Of a stretch of DNA of 64,000 nt, positions 44,931 to 54,581 are shown in pieces. Position 1 is the first letter of the stretch. Every line of letters begins with the position of its first letter. The notes under the pieces are model-generated. The model had not been told where the DNA came from. It saw nothing but the letters and a program-made list of their open reading frames with translations, and did no database searches. Position numbers and translations under genes: made by a program. The DNA comes from an archaeon (lineage in GTDB: Archaea; Nanobdellota; Nanobdellia; Woesearchaeales; SM23-78), in the NCBI GenBank assembly GCA_043801165.1, contig JAZDMG010000042.1:89-64088 (forward strand), in the 5' to 3' direction.

Positions 44931-45092
44931 GCTCTCACCCTCCTAAACTGATTAGACAATAATATTTTTATGCTCTTGGATACCGCAAAGGCCAGTTATG
45001 TTATAAATCTTTTGGACTGCTGCGCCCTGTGCTTTTCTGCAGGATGCTTGCTGTGGAAAGATTTATAAAAACCAATCCCCAATGCATCCTTT

Positions 45093-45425
45093 ATGGAGAT
45101 AACCAACGAGAAGCTCTACCTTGAGCTGCTGAAGATAAAGAAGCTGCTCCAGGAAAGCCTTGACCTCCAGCGTGAGATGAGCTCAGTCGAGGATGAGATC
45201 AAGATTTTTGAGGGCCGCCAGGCCGATGAGGAGAAGCTGCTCGCAGAGGCTATCCAGCGAAGGAAGTTCAATACGCTCATGGACTGGAAGGGAGCTGTTT
45301 GGGATCATTGCTCTTCCAGGAAGGAGCAGCTCTCGCAGAACACTGTGTCTTTCTATTGCGAGATCAGGAAGGGCCCATGCAAGTTCGAGTCCTGCCCAAA
45401 GAATATTATCGATGAAGTGCCGTGA
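45093..45425 (+). CDS. Hypothetical protein (coiled coil and C-terminal four-Cys cluster)
   Basis: TATA tttataaa upstream; C...C..C....CP at the C-terminus. Confidence 0.65.
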   Translation: MEITNEKLYLELLKIKKLLQESLDLQREMSSVEDEIKIFEGRQADEEKLLAEAIQRRKFNTLMDWKGAVWDHCSSRKEQLSQNTVSFYCEIRKGPCKFESCPKNIIDEVP

Positions 45426-45517
45426 AGAGGTTTTCGGCGATATTCTTCTCTTGAAAGAAAAACACTTATAAATTCGCTCTCTTTCTTATTGGATGGTTGT
45501 TTCTGGCATTTCTATAC

Positions 45518-45657
45518 GCGGGGGTGCCGGAGTGGAAAACGGGCAGGACTTAAGCCCATGAGAAGACAGCGAGGAAAACCGAGTTTTTCTGGGTCTTCTC
45601 TTCGAGAAGACATCCTGTGGCTTAGTGCCTACAAGGGTTCGAACCCCTTCCCCCGCA
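45518..45657 (+). tRNA. tRNA-Leu(UAA) with a 57-nt intron at position 37/38 (45555-45611)
   Basis: Acceptor stem GCGGGGG/CCCCCGC plus discriminator A; anticodon stem CAGGA/TCCTG around CT-TAA-G|intron|A; long variable arm; T-arm AAGGG-TTCGAAC-CCCTT. Confidence 0.93.
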
Positions 45658-45737
45658 TCATCTTTTCTTGGGCTATTCCTGTCATATCTTATCTCATTTG
45701 ATAATATTTAAATAAAACCTATTACTCTTTCATCGTT

Positions 45738-46094
45738 ATGAGCAAGATAAACGAGATTGTCGACCCAAAGGAGAAAATTTTCAAGCTGCAGACCAAGAGC
45801 GTCCTGATAAGCCAGCTTGAGGATGAGAAGACTGACAACCAATACAAGACCGCCATACTGAGGCTGTTTGATGTCAACAACCCTCATAAGAAGGACGTCT
45901 TCCCGACGCACATCTATAAGTTCAGCAACACAGAGAAGGTCAGGATAAGGAGGCTCAATGTCTCATATTATCTTGAAGGTGAGGACATCGTGGTCAATGA
46001 CCTTGAGGAGCTTTACATCACCCACGAAGGCAACAAGCTCATCCTGCGAGGCTATCAGGTAGAGGTTGAGAGCCGAGCCGATAAGAAGAAGTAG
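45738..46094 (+). CDS. Hypothetical protein
   Basis: 118-aa ORF with TATA (tttaaata) upstream and host-like codon use. Confidence 0.65.
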   Translation: MSKINEIVDPKEKIFKLQTKSVLISQLEDEKTDNQYKTAILRLFDVNNPHKKDVFPTHIYKFSNTEKVRIRRLNVSYYLEGEDIVVNDLEELYITHEGNKLILRGYQVEVESRADKKK

Positions 46095-46111
46095 CTGAGC
46101 CGTAGTCATAA

Positions 46112-46327
46112 TCATTTCTTTTTGCTTGTCCTATTCATTTTGATCAGGAGCTTGCCGTACTCCTGCTGGTATTTTGCGATAAGCTTCTTCAGCTCTGTGT
46201 CGTACTGCTCCTTGTGCTTAGGGATGTTCTCGCTGTCCTTGCCTATGCGATCCATGAAACCGTTGTCAAGCTTCTCCTTCTCTGCTCCGTACCAGCTTTC
46301 TATCTCTTCCTCAGAATCAAATCCCAT
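46112..46327 (-). CDS. Small helical hypothetical protein
   Basis: MGFDSEEEIESWY...; this start avoids overlap with pth2 and has a divergent TATA (atttaaat) upstream. Confidence 0.55.
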   Translation of the reverse strand: MGFDSEEEIESWYGAEKEKLDNGFMDRIGKDSENIPKHKEQYDTELKKLIAKYQQEYGKLLIKMNRTSKKK

Positions 46328-46381
46328 GCATCGATTATTTTTTCCGTCATATTTAAATATTACTGAACCACAGCGGCATGT

Positions 46382-46726
46382 ATGAATTACAAGCAGGCAA
46401 TCCTTGTCAGGGATGATCTTAAGCTGCCGAAAGGCAAGATGGCGGCCCAGGCAGCCCATGCCAGCGTAGCAGCTGTCTTCAGGGCAGATGATCCCATCGT
46501 CAAGAGATGGCGCCTTGAAGGCATGGGCAAGATAGTGCTGAAAGTCCATGATGAGAAGGAGCTCTATGCCTTTATTCAGCAGGCAAAGGACATCGGCATC
46601 GCCACCAGCGTGATAACCGATGCAGGCCACACGGTTGTTGAGCCAGGCACAGTGACCTGCGGAGCCATAGGCCCTGACAGCGCAGAGCGCATCGACATGA
46701 TAGTCTCAAAGCTGAAGCTGATGTGA
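46382..46726 (+). CDS. pth2: Peptidyl-tRNA hydrolase Pth2
   Basis: KQAILVR.DL..PKGKMAAQAAHA, KIVLK, DAGHT...PGT.T..AIGP. Confidence 0.95.
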   Translation: MNYKQAILVRDDLKLPKGKMAAQAAHASVAAVFRADDPIVKRWRLEGMGKIVLKVHDEKELYAFIQQAKDIGIATSVITDAGHTVVEPGTVTCGAIGPDSAERIDMIVSKLKLM

Positions 46727-46778
46727 CAAAGGCACCAATATCTTCCAATAGTCCTATAACGAAATATTTATAAACAAT

Positions 46779-47198
46779 ATGAAGTTACTACTCGCCATGA
46801 GTGTCAGACATCCACTTACTTACTGGGAAGAAAACAAGCACCATAGAATGGTCGATGAGTTCTATGAAAAAAAGAAGAAATATAAGCAAGATCTTCGTCG
46901 AGGTATTCGTGGTGAAAAACCAGAGCATCCATTCCCATTATCCGATGAATTCTTTGACTGTTTTGTAGCGACAGCAGTTTACGGAAATATAAATGCTCCG
47001 CAGGTTGAAGTTCTAAGACAGTTCAGAGATAACGTCCTTGCCAATAGCTCTTTTGGGAGGGCATTCATCAATTTTTATTACAGCGGCTCGGGAGAAAAAA
47101 CAGCCAAATTCATAGAAAAGCATTTGCCTTCAACAATTCCGATACTAAGAAAAAGCCTTGATGTCTTAGTTCGTATATACTCTCCGCAAGGAAAGTAA
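46779..47198 (+). CDS. CFI-box-CTERM domain protein
   Basis: CFVATAVYG...V.VLRQFRD..L.....GR.FI.FYY; AT-richer than its neighbours. Confidence 0.8.
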   Translation: MKLLLAMSVRHPLTYWEENKHHRMVDEFYEKKKKYKQDLRRGIRGEKPEHPFPLSDEFFDCFVATAVYGNINAPQVEVLRQFRDNVLANSSFGRAFINFYYSGSGEKTAKFIEKHLPSTIPILRKSLDVLVRIYSPQGK

Positions 47199-47323
47199 TC
47201 ATTTAAATTCACACATTCTAGAATGAACTCAAGCTATAGATTAATCATTATCTAAAGCAATTGTAAAAGAATAAAGGCTTCGAGTCAAAAAATTTATATA
47301 TACTCTTGCCTGTCTCATGAGCC

Positions 47324-48802
47324 ATGGATACGGAATCAAGAATCCTCGGCGAAAGAAAAGATAAAGTCGCTGCCCTGATGAAACAGGGCATCAATCCTTA
47401 TCCATACTCTTTCAAGAGGAATGCTGACGCCGCTGAATTAAGGAAAGCCTATTCCCATCTCACCGCAGAGCAGAAGGACCCTGCTGGGAAAATTTTCAGG
47501 ATCGCAGGAAGGCTTATGATAACAAGGATCATGGGCAAGGCTGCCTTTGCCAGCGTCATGGACGTGACCGGGAACATCCAGCTATACCTGAGGCAGGATA
47601 CCCTGGGAGAAGAGAGCTATGCATTATTTAAGGCCCTGGATATGGGTGATTTCATAGGAGTCGAAGGCGTTGCTTTCAAGACCAAGACCAATGAGCTGAC
47701 TCTTGAGGTGAAGCATCTTGAGCTTCTCTCTAAATCGATGAGGCCTTTGCCTGAGAAATTCCACGGGCTGAAGGATCATGAGCTAAGGTACAGGAAAAGA
47801 TATCTTGACCTGATATCAAACCCTGATCTGAAGAGAACATTCATCCTGAGAGCCAGGATGATCCGCGAGTTTAGGAGATACCTCAATGAGCAGGAATACG
47901 TAGAGGTCGAGACACCGATCCTTCAGGCGCAGTACGGAGGGGCTGCGGCAAAGCCTTTCATAACAAGGCACAACGCCCTCAACACAGACCTTTTCCTGAG
48001 GATCTCTCCAGAGCCTTATCTTAAGAGGCTCTTGGTCGCTGGCTTTGAGCGGGTCTATGACATGAACAAGAACTTCAGGAACGAAGGCATTGACTTCGAC
48101 CACAACCCTGAGTTCACGATGATAGAATGGTATGAGGCGTATTCTGACTACAACAGGATGATGGATATGTGCGAGGAAGTCATAAAGCGCGCAGCCATGA
48201 ATGTCTTCGGCAAGATGAGCTTCAATTTCAGGGAGATGGAGATAAACCTGGAGGGAGACTGGCCGAGGATGCCCATGGCTGAGGCTCTCAAGCAGTATGC
48301 TGACCTTGATGTTGATGCGATGAGCGATGATGAGCTCCTTGAGCTGGCAGAGCAGCACCAATACCACCTGCCTGAGAAATCAAGAGGCCATCTCATAAAC
48401 TTCCTGTTCGAGGAATTGGTCGAAGAGAAGCTGGTCAACCCAACATTCATAATAGATCATCCTGTCGAGGTATCGCCGCTCACCAAGCGCCACAGGAGCA
48501 AGGATGGCTGCGTAGAGAGAGCAGAGCTCTTCATGGCAAAGTCCGAGATAGCCAACATCTACTCTGAGCTCAATGATCCTGCTGAGCAGAGGATCAGGCT
48601 TGAGGAGCAGGAGCGCCAAAGAAAGCAGGATGAGGAGCATAACTATCCCATGGACGAGGATTTCTGCGAGTCGCTTGAATACGGCATGCCTCCGGCTGGA
48701 GGGATTGGCATCGGTGTCGACAGGATCTTCATGATTCTCTCAGAGACTTCATCTATCAGGGAGGTAATATTATTTCCTACCTTGAGGCCGGAAAACAAAT
48801 GA
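47324..48802 (+). CDS. lysS: Lysyl-tRNA synthetase, class II
   Basis: OB-fold GKAAF; motif 1 EVETPIL; motif 2 FRNEGID..HNPEFT; motif 3 GMPP.GG.GIGVDR. Confidence 0.96.
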   Translation: MDTESRILGERKDKVAALMKQGINPYPYSFKRNADAAELRKAYSHLTAEQKDPAGKIFRIAGRLMITRIMGKAAFASVMDVTGNIQLYLRQDTLGEESYALFKALDMGDFIGVEGVAFKTKTNELTLEVKHLELLSKSMRPLPEKFHGLKDHELRYRKRYLDLISNPDLKRTFILRARMIREFRRYLNEQEYVEVETPILQAQYGGAAAKPFITRHNALNTDLFLRISPEPYLKRLLVAGFERVYDMNKNFRNEGIDFDHNPEFTMIEWYEAYSDYNRMMDMCEEVIKRAAMNVFGKMSFNFREMEINLEGDWPRMPMAEALKQYADLDVDAMSDDELLELAEQHQYHLPEKSRGHLINFLFEELVEEKLVNPTFIIDHPVEVSPLTKRHRSKDGCVERAELFMAKSEIANIYSELNDPAEQRIRLEEQERQRKQDEEHNYPMDEDFCESLEYGMPPAGGIGIGVDRIFMILSETSSIREVILFPTLRPENK

Positions 48803-49218
48803 GCGCAGAGCAATCAAGTTCTCAGTCGACTGATGGTAAGACCATTGTAGGCCTGACAGAGTTCGTTGTAGTCAAAGGAGCTCTTGAGAGCAAGGATCTA
48901 ATAGCCAGGATTGATACTGGCGCCACAAAAAGCAGCATAGACCTTATGCTTGCCTCAAAGCTCGGGCTTGGGCCTGTTGTCGATTCAAAGCTCATCAAGA
49001 GCGCCTATGGCATACGCCTCAGGCCTGTGGTGCAGGCAGATATCATGATCGCAGGCAGGATGATAAGAGCTAAATTCACTTTGGCTGACAGGCTTCACAT
49101 GAGATTCCCTGTCTTGATAGGCCAGAACATATTGAAGAAAGGATTCCTTGTGGACCCTTCAAGAAGGGTTGATCTGCCGCCAAAGAAGAAAGAAAATGAG
49201 CAGGTAGAAGGCAAATGA
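48799..49218 (+). CDS. Retropepsin-like protease of the RimK-associated (RimB/Zn_protease) family
   Basis: ARIDTGATKSSID, F.LADR..M.FPVLIG; directly upstream of rimK. Confidence 0.8.
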   Translation: MSAEQSSSQSTDGKTIVGLTEFVVVKGALESKDLIARIDTGATKSSIDLMLASKLGLGPVVDSKLIKSAYGIRLRPVVQADIMIAGRMIRAKFTLADRLHMRFPVLIGQNILKKGFLVDPSRRVDLPPKKKENEQVEGK

Positions 49219-49255
49219 TCTCAACTAATTCAAAAATGCTTGAGGTGGTTTTGTT

Positions 49256-50347
49256 TTGAAGCTTAAGGCAGCAATCCTAAGCCTTGGAAGCAAGAGTTCA
49301 GAGTGGACCTTCGAGGCAATGAAGAAGTATTTTCCTGAAGTTGACCAATTGGACATAAGGAAGATAGACATAAAGATATCAGGAAAGGAAGAAGAGATAT
49401 TATACGACGGAAAGCCGATCGGCCCATATGACTGCATCTATGCAAAGGGATCATTCAGGTATGCTGAGCTGCTAAAATCATTGACCAGCATCCTTGAGAG
49501 GAAATGCTATATGCCTATCTCAGCAGAGGCCTTCACCACTGCCCATGACAAGCTTCTCACCCATCTTGAGCTCCAGAAATTCAACATTCCCATGCCAAGG
49601 ACATATATCACTGCCACTTCGCAGGCAGCCAGGCATGTCCTCAAGAGCATGAACTTTCCTGTGATGATGAAGTTCCCGCACGGCACAGGAGGAAAAGGAG
49701 TGATGTTCGCAGACTCATATGCCTCTGCCTCTTCGCTGCTTGATGCTCTCTCGACACTGAGACAGCCTTTCATAATCCAGGAGTACATCGACACCGGCGG
49801 GATTGACCTGCGTCTTATTGTCGTCGGCAACAGGGTCGTCGCCAGCATGAAGAGAAGGGCTGGTCCTGCAGAGGCAAGGGCTAACTTCCATTCAGGCGGC
49901 TCTGGAGAGCATTTTGACCCCGACCCTTACACCAGAAAGCTGGCGGTTGATGTGGCAAAGGCCATAAAGGCAGAGATATGCGCGGTGGATATATTGCCCA
50001 GCGCACGAGGGCCTCTTGTTATCGAGGCCAATATCAGTCCAGGCCTTCAGCTGATATCAAAGACGACAAAGCTTGATGTCGCTGACATGATCGCGAAATT
50101 CCTCTACGAAAGGACTCTTGAGCTTAAGTCAAAGGACGGGAGCACAGAGGCATCAAGGCTGATAAGGGAGATAGAAGGCAAGAAAGGAGGAGAGAAGAAG
50201 CTTTTCTCGAGTCTTACTTTCAGAGGCGGGACCATCCTGATACCTGACATCGTTGTCAGGGGTACAGAGTTCGAGCCATCGGACACATTCGAGATAACCG
50301 CTGAGCACGACAAGATAACCATCAAGAAGATGAAGTTCGGCCAATAA
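49256..50347 (+). CDS. rimK: RimK-family ATP-grasp amino acid ligase with an extra C-terminal domain
   Basis: DKL.T, K...G.GG.GV, IIQEYI, DLR..VVG, R..F.SGG, VIEAN.SPG; TTG start after gaggtgg. Confidence 0.85.
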   Translation: MKLKAAILSLGSKSSEWTFEAMKKYFPEVDQLDIRKIDIKISGKEEEILYDGKPIGPYDCIYAKGSFRYAELLKSLTSILERKCYMPISAEAFTTAHDKLLTHLELQKFNIPMPRTYITATSQAARHVLKSMNFPVMMKFPHGTGGKGVMFADSYASASSLLDALSTLRQPFIIQEYIDTGGIDLRLIVVGNRVVASMKRRAGPAEARANFHSGGSGEHFDPDPYTRKLAVDVAKAIKAEICAVDILPSARGPLVIEANISPGLQLISKTTKLDVADMIAKFLYERTLELKSKDGSTEASRLIREIEGKKGGEKKLFSSLTFRGGTILIPDIVVRGTEFEPSDTFEITAEHDKITIKKMKFGQ

Positions 50348-50360
50348 TTATTTTCTTTGC

Positions 50361-50630
50361 TTAAAGCAAGTCCTTGAGCTTGTTGATGTAGCCTGCGACT
50401 TCCTGGCCTCTCTTTGTGAGGGTCAGCACCTTAAGCCTTCCTTTCTTCTCGAAAGCGACCAGGCCTGCCTTCTGCATCTCCTGCAGTATCTTAACGACAT
50501 GGCTGTAGGTGCAGTCGACGACTTTAGCAAGGTTAGAAGCATATATCTCATCGGTCTTGTTGTAGAGGATGACTAGCATCATGGCTGGCTTCTCTCTGAA
50601 GAACACATTGAATATTTTCTTCTGCTTCAC
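50361..50630 (-). CDS. MarR-like winged-helix regulator
   Basis: YASNLAKVVDCTYSHVVKILQEM...KKGR...LTKRG. Confidence 0.8.
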   Translation of the reverse strand: MKQKKIFNVFFREKPAMMLVILYNKTDEIYASNLAKVVDCTYSHVVKILQEMQKAGLVAFEKKGRLKVLTLTKRGQEVAGYINKLKDLL

Positions 50631-50822
50631 TGGCTATCACCCGTTCATATTTCCTGTTTTTGCTGATTATAAATATTTATTTGCTGGGTTATAACTATTG
50701 CGAAGATTATTTCTATTTATATAGTTTTCCATTCATATTATGAGAAAGAGAGTTTCATCTTCACTCCTATGAACATGAAAAAATGCTAATATTTATATAG
50801 TTTTCTGTTCAAGGAGATTATC

Positions 50823-52100
50823 ATGAAGCTTATATTCCATGGCGCAGCAAAAGAGGTGGGCAGGAGCTGCATAGAGCTCCAGACCCAGGGCGACCGTTAT
50901 CTTCTTGACGCAGGGATCAAATTCAAGGAAGGCGGATTTGAGTATCCTGAGAAAGTGCTTGATATCCCTGAGATCGACGGTCTTTTCATCAGCCACGCCC
51001 ATCTTGACCATTCCGGTTCCCTTCCGTTGTTCGAGCACTATAACATAGTGTGCCCTGTCTTCTGCACAGAGCTCACATTCGCTCTCGTGAAGGTCCTTCT
51101 CAAGGATTCATACAAGATTGCGAGAATCAAGAACTTGCATCCTGCCTATGACAAGCTGGATCTCAAGAAGGTCGAGAAGAGCACTCGTTTCATGAAATAC
51201 GACCAGGAGTTCGTGCACAGGAAAGTGAAGGTGACCTTCAGGAATGCAGGCCACATCCCTGGCAGCGCGATGATTCTGTTAGAGGCAGAAGGGAAGAAGC
51301 TGCTCTACACTGGAGACACAAAACTAAAGACCACTGAGGTGGTCAAGGGCGCTGACACTAATTTCAATGATATTGATACGTTGATCATAGAGAGCACCTA
51401 TGGCGCAAGGGTGCTGTCTGACCGAGCAGAGATTAAGAAAAGGTTCCTTGACAAGGTCGAGGAGGTCATCGGCAAAGGCGGCTCAGTCATCGTACCTGTC
51501 TTCGCCCTTGGAAGGGCCCAGGACATCTTGGTGATGCTTTCTGAACGCGAGTTCAAGGCTCCGATATACTATGATGGGATGTGCAACACAATTAGCAAGA
51601 AGATGCTTGAATCATCAGACCCTTACCTCAACAGCCAGGAAGCTCTTGAGAAGATGGTATTCCACAACGCGATTCATGTCAACAACGACATGCGAAGGCA
51701 GGCTGCGATCAAGAAGCAGGGGATTTTTGTGACCACAAGCGGAATGCTGCAGGGTGGGCCAGTGCTATCATATGTAAAGGAATTATGGCATGACCCCAAG
51801 AACGCGATACTGCTCACAGGATTCCAATGCAAGAGGACCAATGGAAGGACTCTTGTGGAAGAGGGCTATGTCTATATCGATGGCTGGAAGACCTATGTCA
51901 AATGCTATGTCGAGAAGTTTGATTTCTCAGGCCACGCAGACCAGTCAGACCTGAAGGAGATAATAACAAGGATAAACCCAAAGATGATAATCTTCCAGCA
52001 CGGAGACGAAGAGGACATCACAGCCATCAGCACCTGGGCTGGCCAGCAGGGAAAATACAAGATATTCGTGCCCTCGATTGGCGATGAGATAGAGATATGA
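50823..52100 (+). CDS. beta-CASP metallo-beta-lactamase ribonuclease (aCPSF-like)
   Basis: GRSC, SHAHLDH, AGHIPGS, YTGD, ESTYG, FSGHAD. Confidence 0.92.
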   Translation: MKLIFHGAAKEVGRSCIELQTQGDRYLLDAGIKFKEGGFEYPEKVLDIPEIDGLFISHAHLDHSGSLPLFEHYNIVCPVFCTELTFALVKVLLKDSYKIARIKNLHPAYDKLDLKKVEKSTRFMKYDQEFVHRKVKVTFRNAGHIPGSAMILLEAEGKKLLYTGDTKLKTTEVVKGADTNFNDIDTLIIESTYGARVLSDRAEIKKRFLDKVEEVIGKGGSVIVPVFALGRAQDILVMLSEREFKAPIYYDGMCNTISKKMLESSDPYLNSQEALEKMVFHNAIHVNNDMRRQAAIKKQGIFVTTSGMLQGGPVLSYVKELWHDPKNAILLTGFQCKRTNGRTLVEEGYVYIDGWKTYVKCYVEKFDFSGHADQSDLKEIITRINPKMIIFQHGDEEDITAISTWAGQQGKYKIFVPSIGDEIEI

Positions 52101-52155
52101 GAACTGAGCAGAACATAAGAATCTAAGAAATAAAAACTGATTTCGCTTTTTGCGA

Positions 52156-52569
52156 TCACAGGTCTTCTTCGGTCATCACATTGATGCCGTTCTTCTTCAG
52201 CAAAGCAGTTGTTATGCCGTCGCCCTTGATGATCTTGTCTGAGAAAGTCCCGTCATGTATCTTTCCGCAGCCGCAGGATGGGCTGCTCTGCTTCATTATG
52301 GCCTCTGTGATGCCGAGATGCTTTGCGATGTTGAGAGTCTCCTCGGCGCCGCGGTTGAACTGATGCGTGAGGTCATCCTCAAGATCAGTCACTACTTTCT
52401 TGCCGCGTATCTCGCTCGGCCTCCTGGGAGTCGCTAGTCCTCCTAGCTGCTCAGGGCAGACAGGAACAAGGACATCAAGCTTTGCCATGCTGATGACCCT
52501 AGAATCTGGCTTGCTGGCTCCGTCATATCTGCATCTAACCCCTAGCAAACATGCACTGCAAAGTTTCAT
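52156..52569 (-). CDS. DUF523 family (TudS-like 2-thiouracil desulfurase)
   Basis: SACLLG..CRYDG, VCPEQLGGL.TPR, K..SPSCG. Confidence 0.88.
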   Translation of the reverse strand: MKLCSACLLGVRCRYDGASKPDSRVISMAKLDVLVPVCPEQLGGLATPRRPSEIRGKKVVTDLEDDLTHQFNRGAEETLNIAKHLGITEAIMKQSSPSCGCGKIHDGTFSDKIIKGDGITTALLKKNGINVMTEEDL

Positions 52570-52607
52570 GCGTCATCCTCGGGTTTTCAGATTAATAAAT
52601 CTTTGCT

Positions 52608-53636
52608 TTAATCAACCACTTCAGTTGCTACCTTGTCAAGCTCGCAGAACTCTGTGTGGAAGTTGTAGGCGCCGGCATTCAGGAATATCATCTTGTCGCC
52701 TTTCTTCAGCTTCCTGCTCTCGGGGAAATAGGCGCGATACCTGAAGATGTCAGTAGAGCAGGGCGTGATGCCTTTGACGACATAGGGTTTTCCCTGTTCG
52801 CTCTCTCCCTCGATCATGAGCTTTATGGGCACGATGAGAGTGTCTGGTGACGCGTTATACACCGAGGCATCGACGACAATCGTGCTGCCATGCATCCCGA
52901 CAATCTTAGTCTCAAGCCTGATCGCAGGCCCTGAGATGTATCTTCCTGGCTCGATGATCATATGCACTCTCGCAGAGGAAAGCCATTGCTTTGCCTCATC
53001 AAGCTTCTCAAGCACAGTAGGGATTATCCTGTCGGTGATATTCTTGTAAAGGACAGGGATTCCTCCTCCTATGTCAAGATAATCAATCGTTTCAAGCACC
53101 TCTGGCAGTATTATCTCAGAGAGCTCTCGCTTGAGGTCCCATTCTGAGACGTTCTGGGTCTTGCGGTGGATATGGATTCCCAGCTTTTTTATGAGCCTGT
53201 TGCTCTTGAGCTCAAGAACCTTCTGATTGACAACATCTGACTCGATGCCGAAGACATAATATTTCTCTGTCTTTATGGTGTGCTCCTTGAGCTTCATCCT
53301 CAGCAGCAGCTCAATCTCCTTGTTGTGCTGCGTGATATAGCTGATCAGCGCGTCCAGGTCTTCCATGTTCTCTATCACGAACTTGCTCACTCCCATGGCA
53401 AACAATCTCTCGAGGATTTCTTTGTCAAGAGCCTGGGCCAGGAACCACACCCTTCTCCTATCATTTATCAGCTTGAGCTCATTGATGAAATGCACGCTGA
53501 ACATGCAGTCAGTCGAATCCTCAAGTATCTTTCCGACGATGGGATTGGTCTTGAAGCTGTAGGATATGATCCCAAAGCCTTTGAGGCTGTTGTACTGCTC
53601 CAATACTTTTGACTTTGACAGTATGAACCTTGCCAT
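52608..53636 (-). CDS. PLP-dependent basic amino acid decarboxylase (fold III; Orn/Lys/Arg/DAP family)
   Basis: YSFKTN (PLP Lys), H.H, LDIGGG, IEPGRY, G.TPCSTD, AGAY. Confidence 0.85.
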   Translation of the reverse strand: MARFILSKSKVLEQYNSLKGFGIISYSFKTNPIVGKILEDSTDCMFSVHFINELKLINDRRRVWFLAQALDKEILERLFAMGVSKFVIENMEDLDALISYITQHNKEIELLLRMKLKEHTIKTEKYYVFGIESDVVNQKVLELKSNRLIKKLGIHIHRKTQNVSEWDLKRELSEIILPEVLETIDYLDIGGGIPVLYKNITDRIIPTVLEKLDEAKQWLSSARVHMIIEPGRYISGPAIRLETKIVGMHGSTIVVDASVYNASPDTLIVPIKLMIEGESEQGKPYVVKGITPCSTDIFRYRAYFPESRKLKKGDKMIFLNAGAYNFHTEFCELDKVATEVVD

Positions 53637-54581
53637 TCATCCCACCTTCAGCAGCCCTTCTGCGCTCAAGCTCTCAAGAGCCCTGATCATCGCCAAGGGA
53701 AACATTATGCTGACATCTCCTATGACTGTCGCTGCGTCAGCATCCTCCTTTATCTTTCCCCAGGACTTAGCTTCCCTTGTCGTCGCTCCGCTCATGCTGC
53801 CAGAGGCCTGGCTTGCGGTGGTCATGTAGACAGCGTACTCTGCACCGCCGTTGAGCAATGTCGCCAGGATGGCATGATGCTTTGAGATGCTTCCGCCAAG
53901 AGCAATCACTCCCTTCGGCTCATCATTGGAGGTGCTGAATAGTATGTTCTTGAAATCATCGACGACATCTATCATGAAATCCTTGTGCTTCTGCTGGAAA
54001 AGAAAAAGGTGGAATCCGAATGATCCATCTGTTATCGCTGGGCAGAATACGGGAACATCATTGCGCGCGGCCTGGTAAAGAATTGAGTTCTCATCATCAA
54101 GCATCAGCCCTATCTCCCTGAAGAGCTCTGATGGGGTCCATTTATTCTTCTTCTCGTAGAGCTTTCCCAGCATCTCTGTCAGTATGTCCTCGAATTTCAT
54201 ATAGCTCTCGTTCGAGACAAATATGTTCCCGACCCTGTTGATGCCTTTCTCATGGAGCTCAACGTCATCAGCCTGGAAACTACCCACCAAGAACTTCTCT
54301 CCGCAGGCCTTCATGATATCCTCCTCGATCCCTCCGACCGTGGTGACTATGATGTTGGCCATCTTGAGCCTTATCACCTGGCTGAAGAATCCCCTGAGGC
54401 CTGATGTGACCATGTTAGAGGTGAATGTCAGGAATATCTTAGCTCCTGCCTTTTTCATCTTGACGATTGCGCCGGCGGCCTTGTTGAGCTCTATGCTCTG
54501 ATAGCCTACTTGGCCAAGGTTCTCAACGAAGTCCTTGACGCTCATCCCTTGTTCCCACTTGAAATCCTTTATGTAATGCAT
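53637..54581 (-). CDS. dys: Deoxyhypusine synthase family protein
   Basis: FTSN.V.SGLR, CPAITDGS.G, GG..SKH, GS.SGA..REAKSWGK (catalytic Lys). Confidence 0.93.
   Translation of the reverse strand: MHYIKDFKWEQGMSVKDFVENLGQVGYQSIELNKAAGAIVKMKKAGAKIFLTFTSNMVTSGLRGFFSQVIRLKMANIIVTTVGGIEEDIMKACGEKFLVGSFQADDVELHEKGINRVGNIFVSNESYMKFEDILTEMLGKLYEKKNKWTPSELFREIGLMLDDENSILYQAARNDVPVFCPAITDGSFGFHLFLFQQKHKDFMIDVVDDFKNILFSTSNDEPKGVIALGGSISKHHAILATLLNGGAEYAVYMTTASQASGSMSGATTREAKSWGKIKEDADAATVIGDVSIMFPLAMIRALESLSAEGLLKVG

Noticed and set aside
44985-45010. ttatgttataaat as a chromosomal dif site
   Set aside because: No matching left arm; more likely an AT-rich TATA region.
46328-46630. Long N-terminus of ORF 46112-46630
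   Set aside because: Antisense to pth2; only the part from ATG 46327 is kept.
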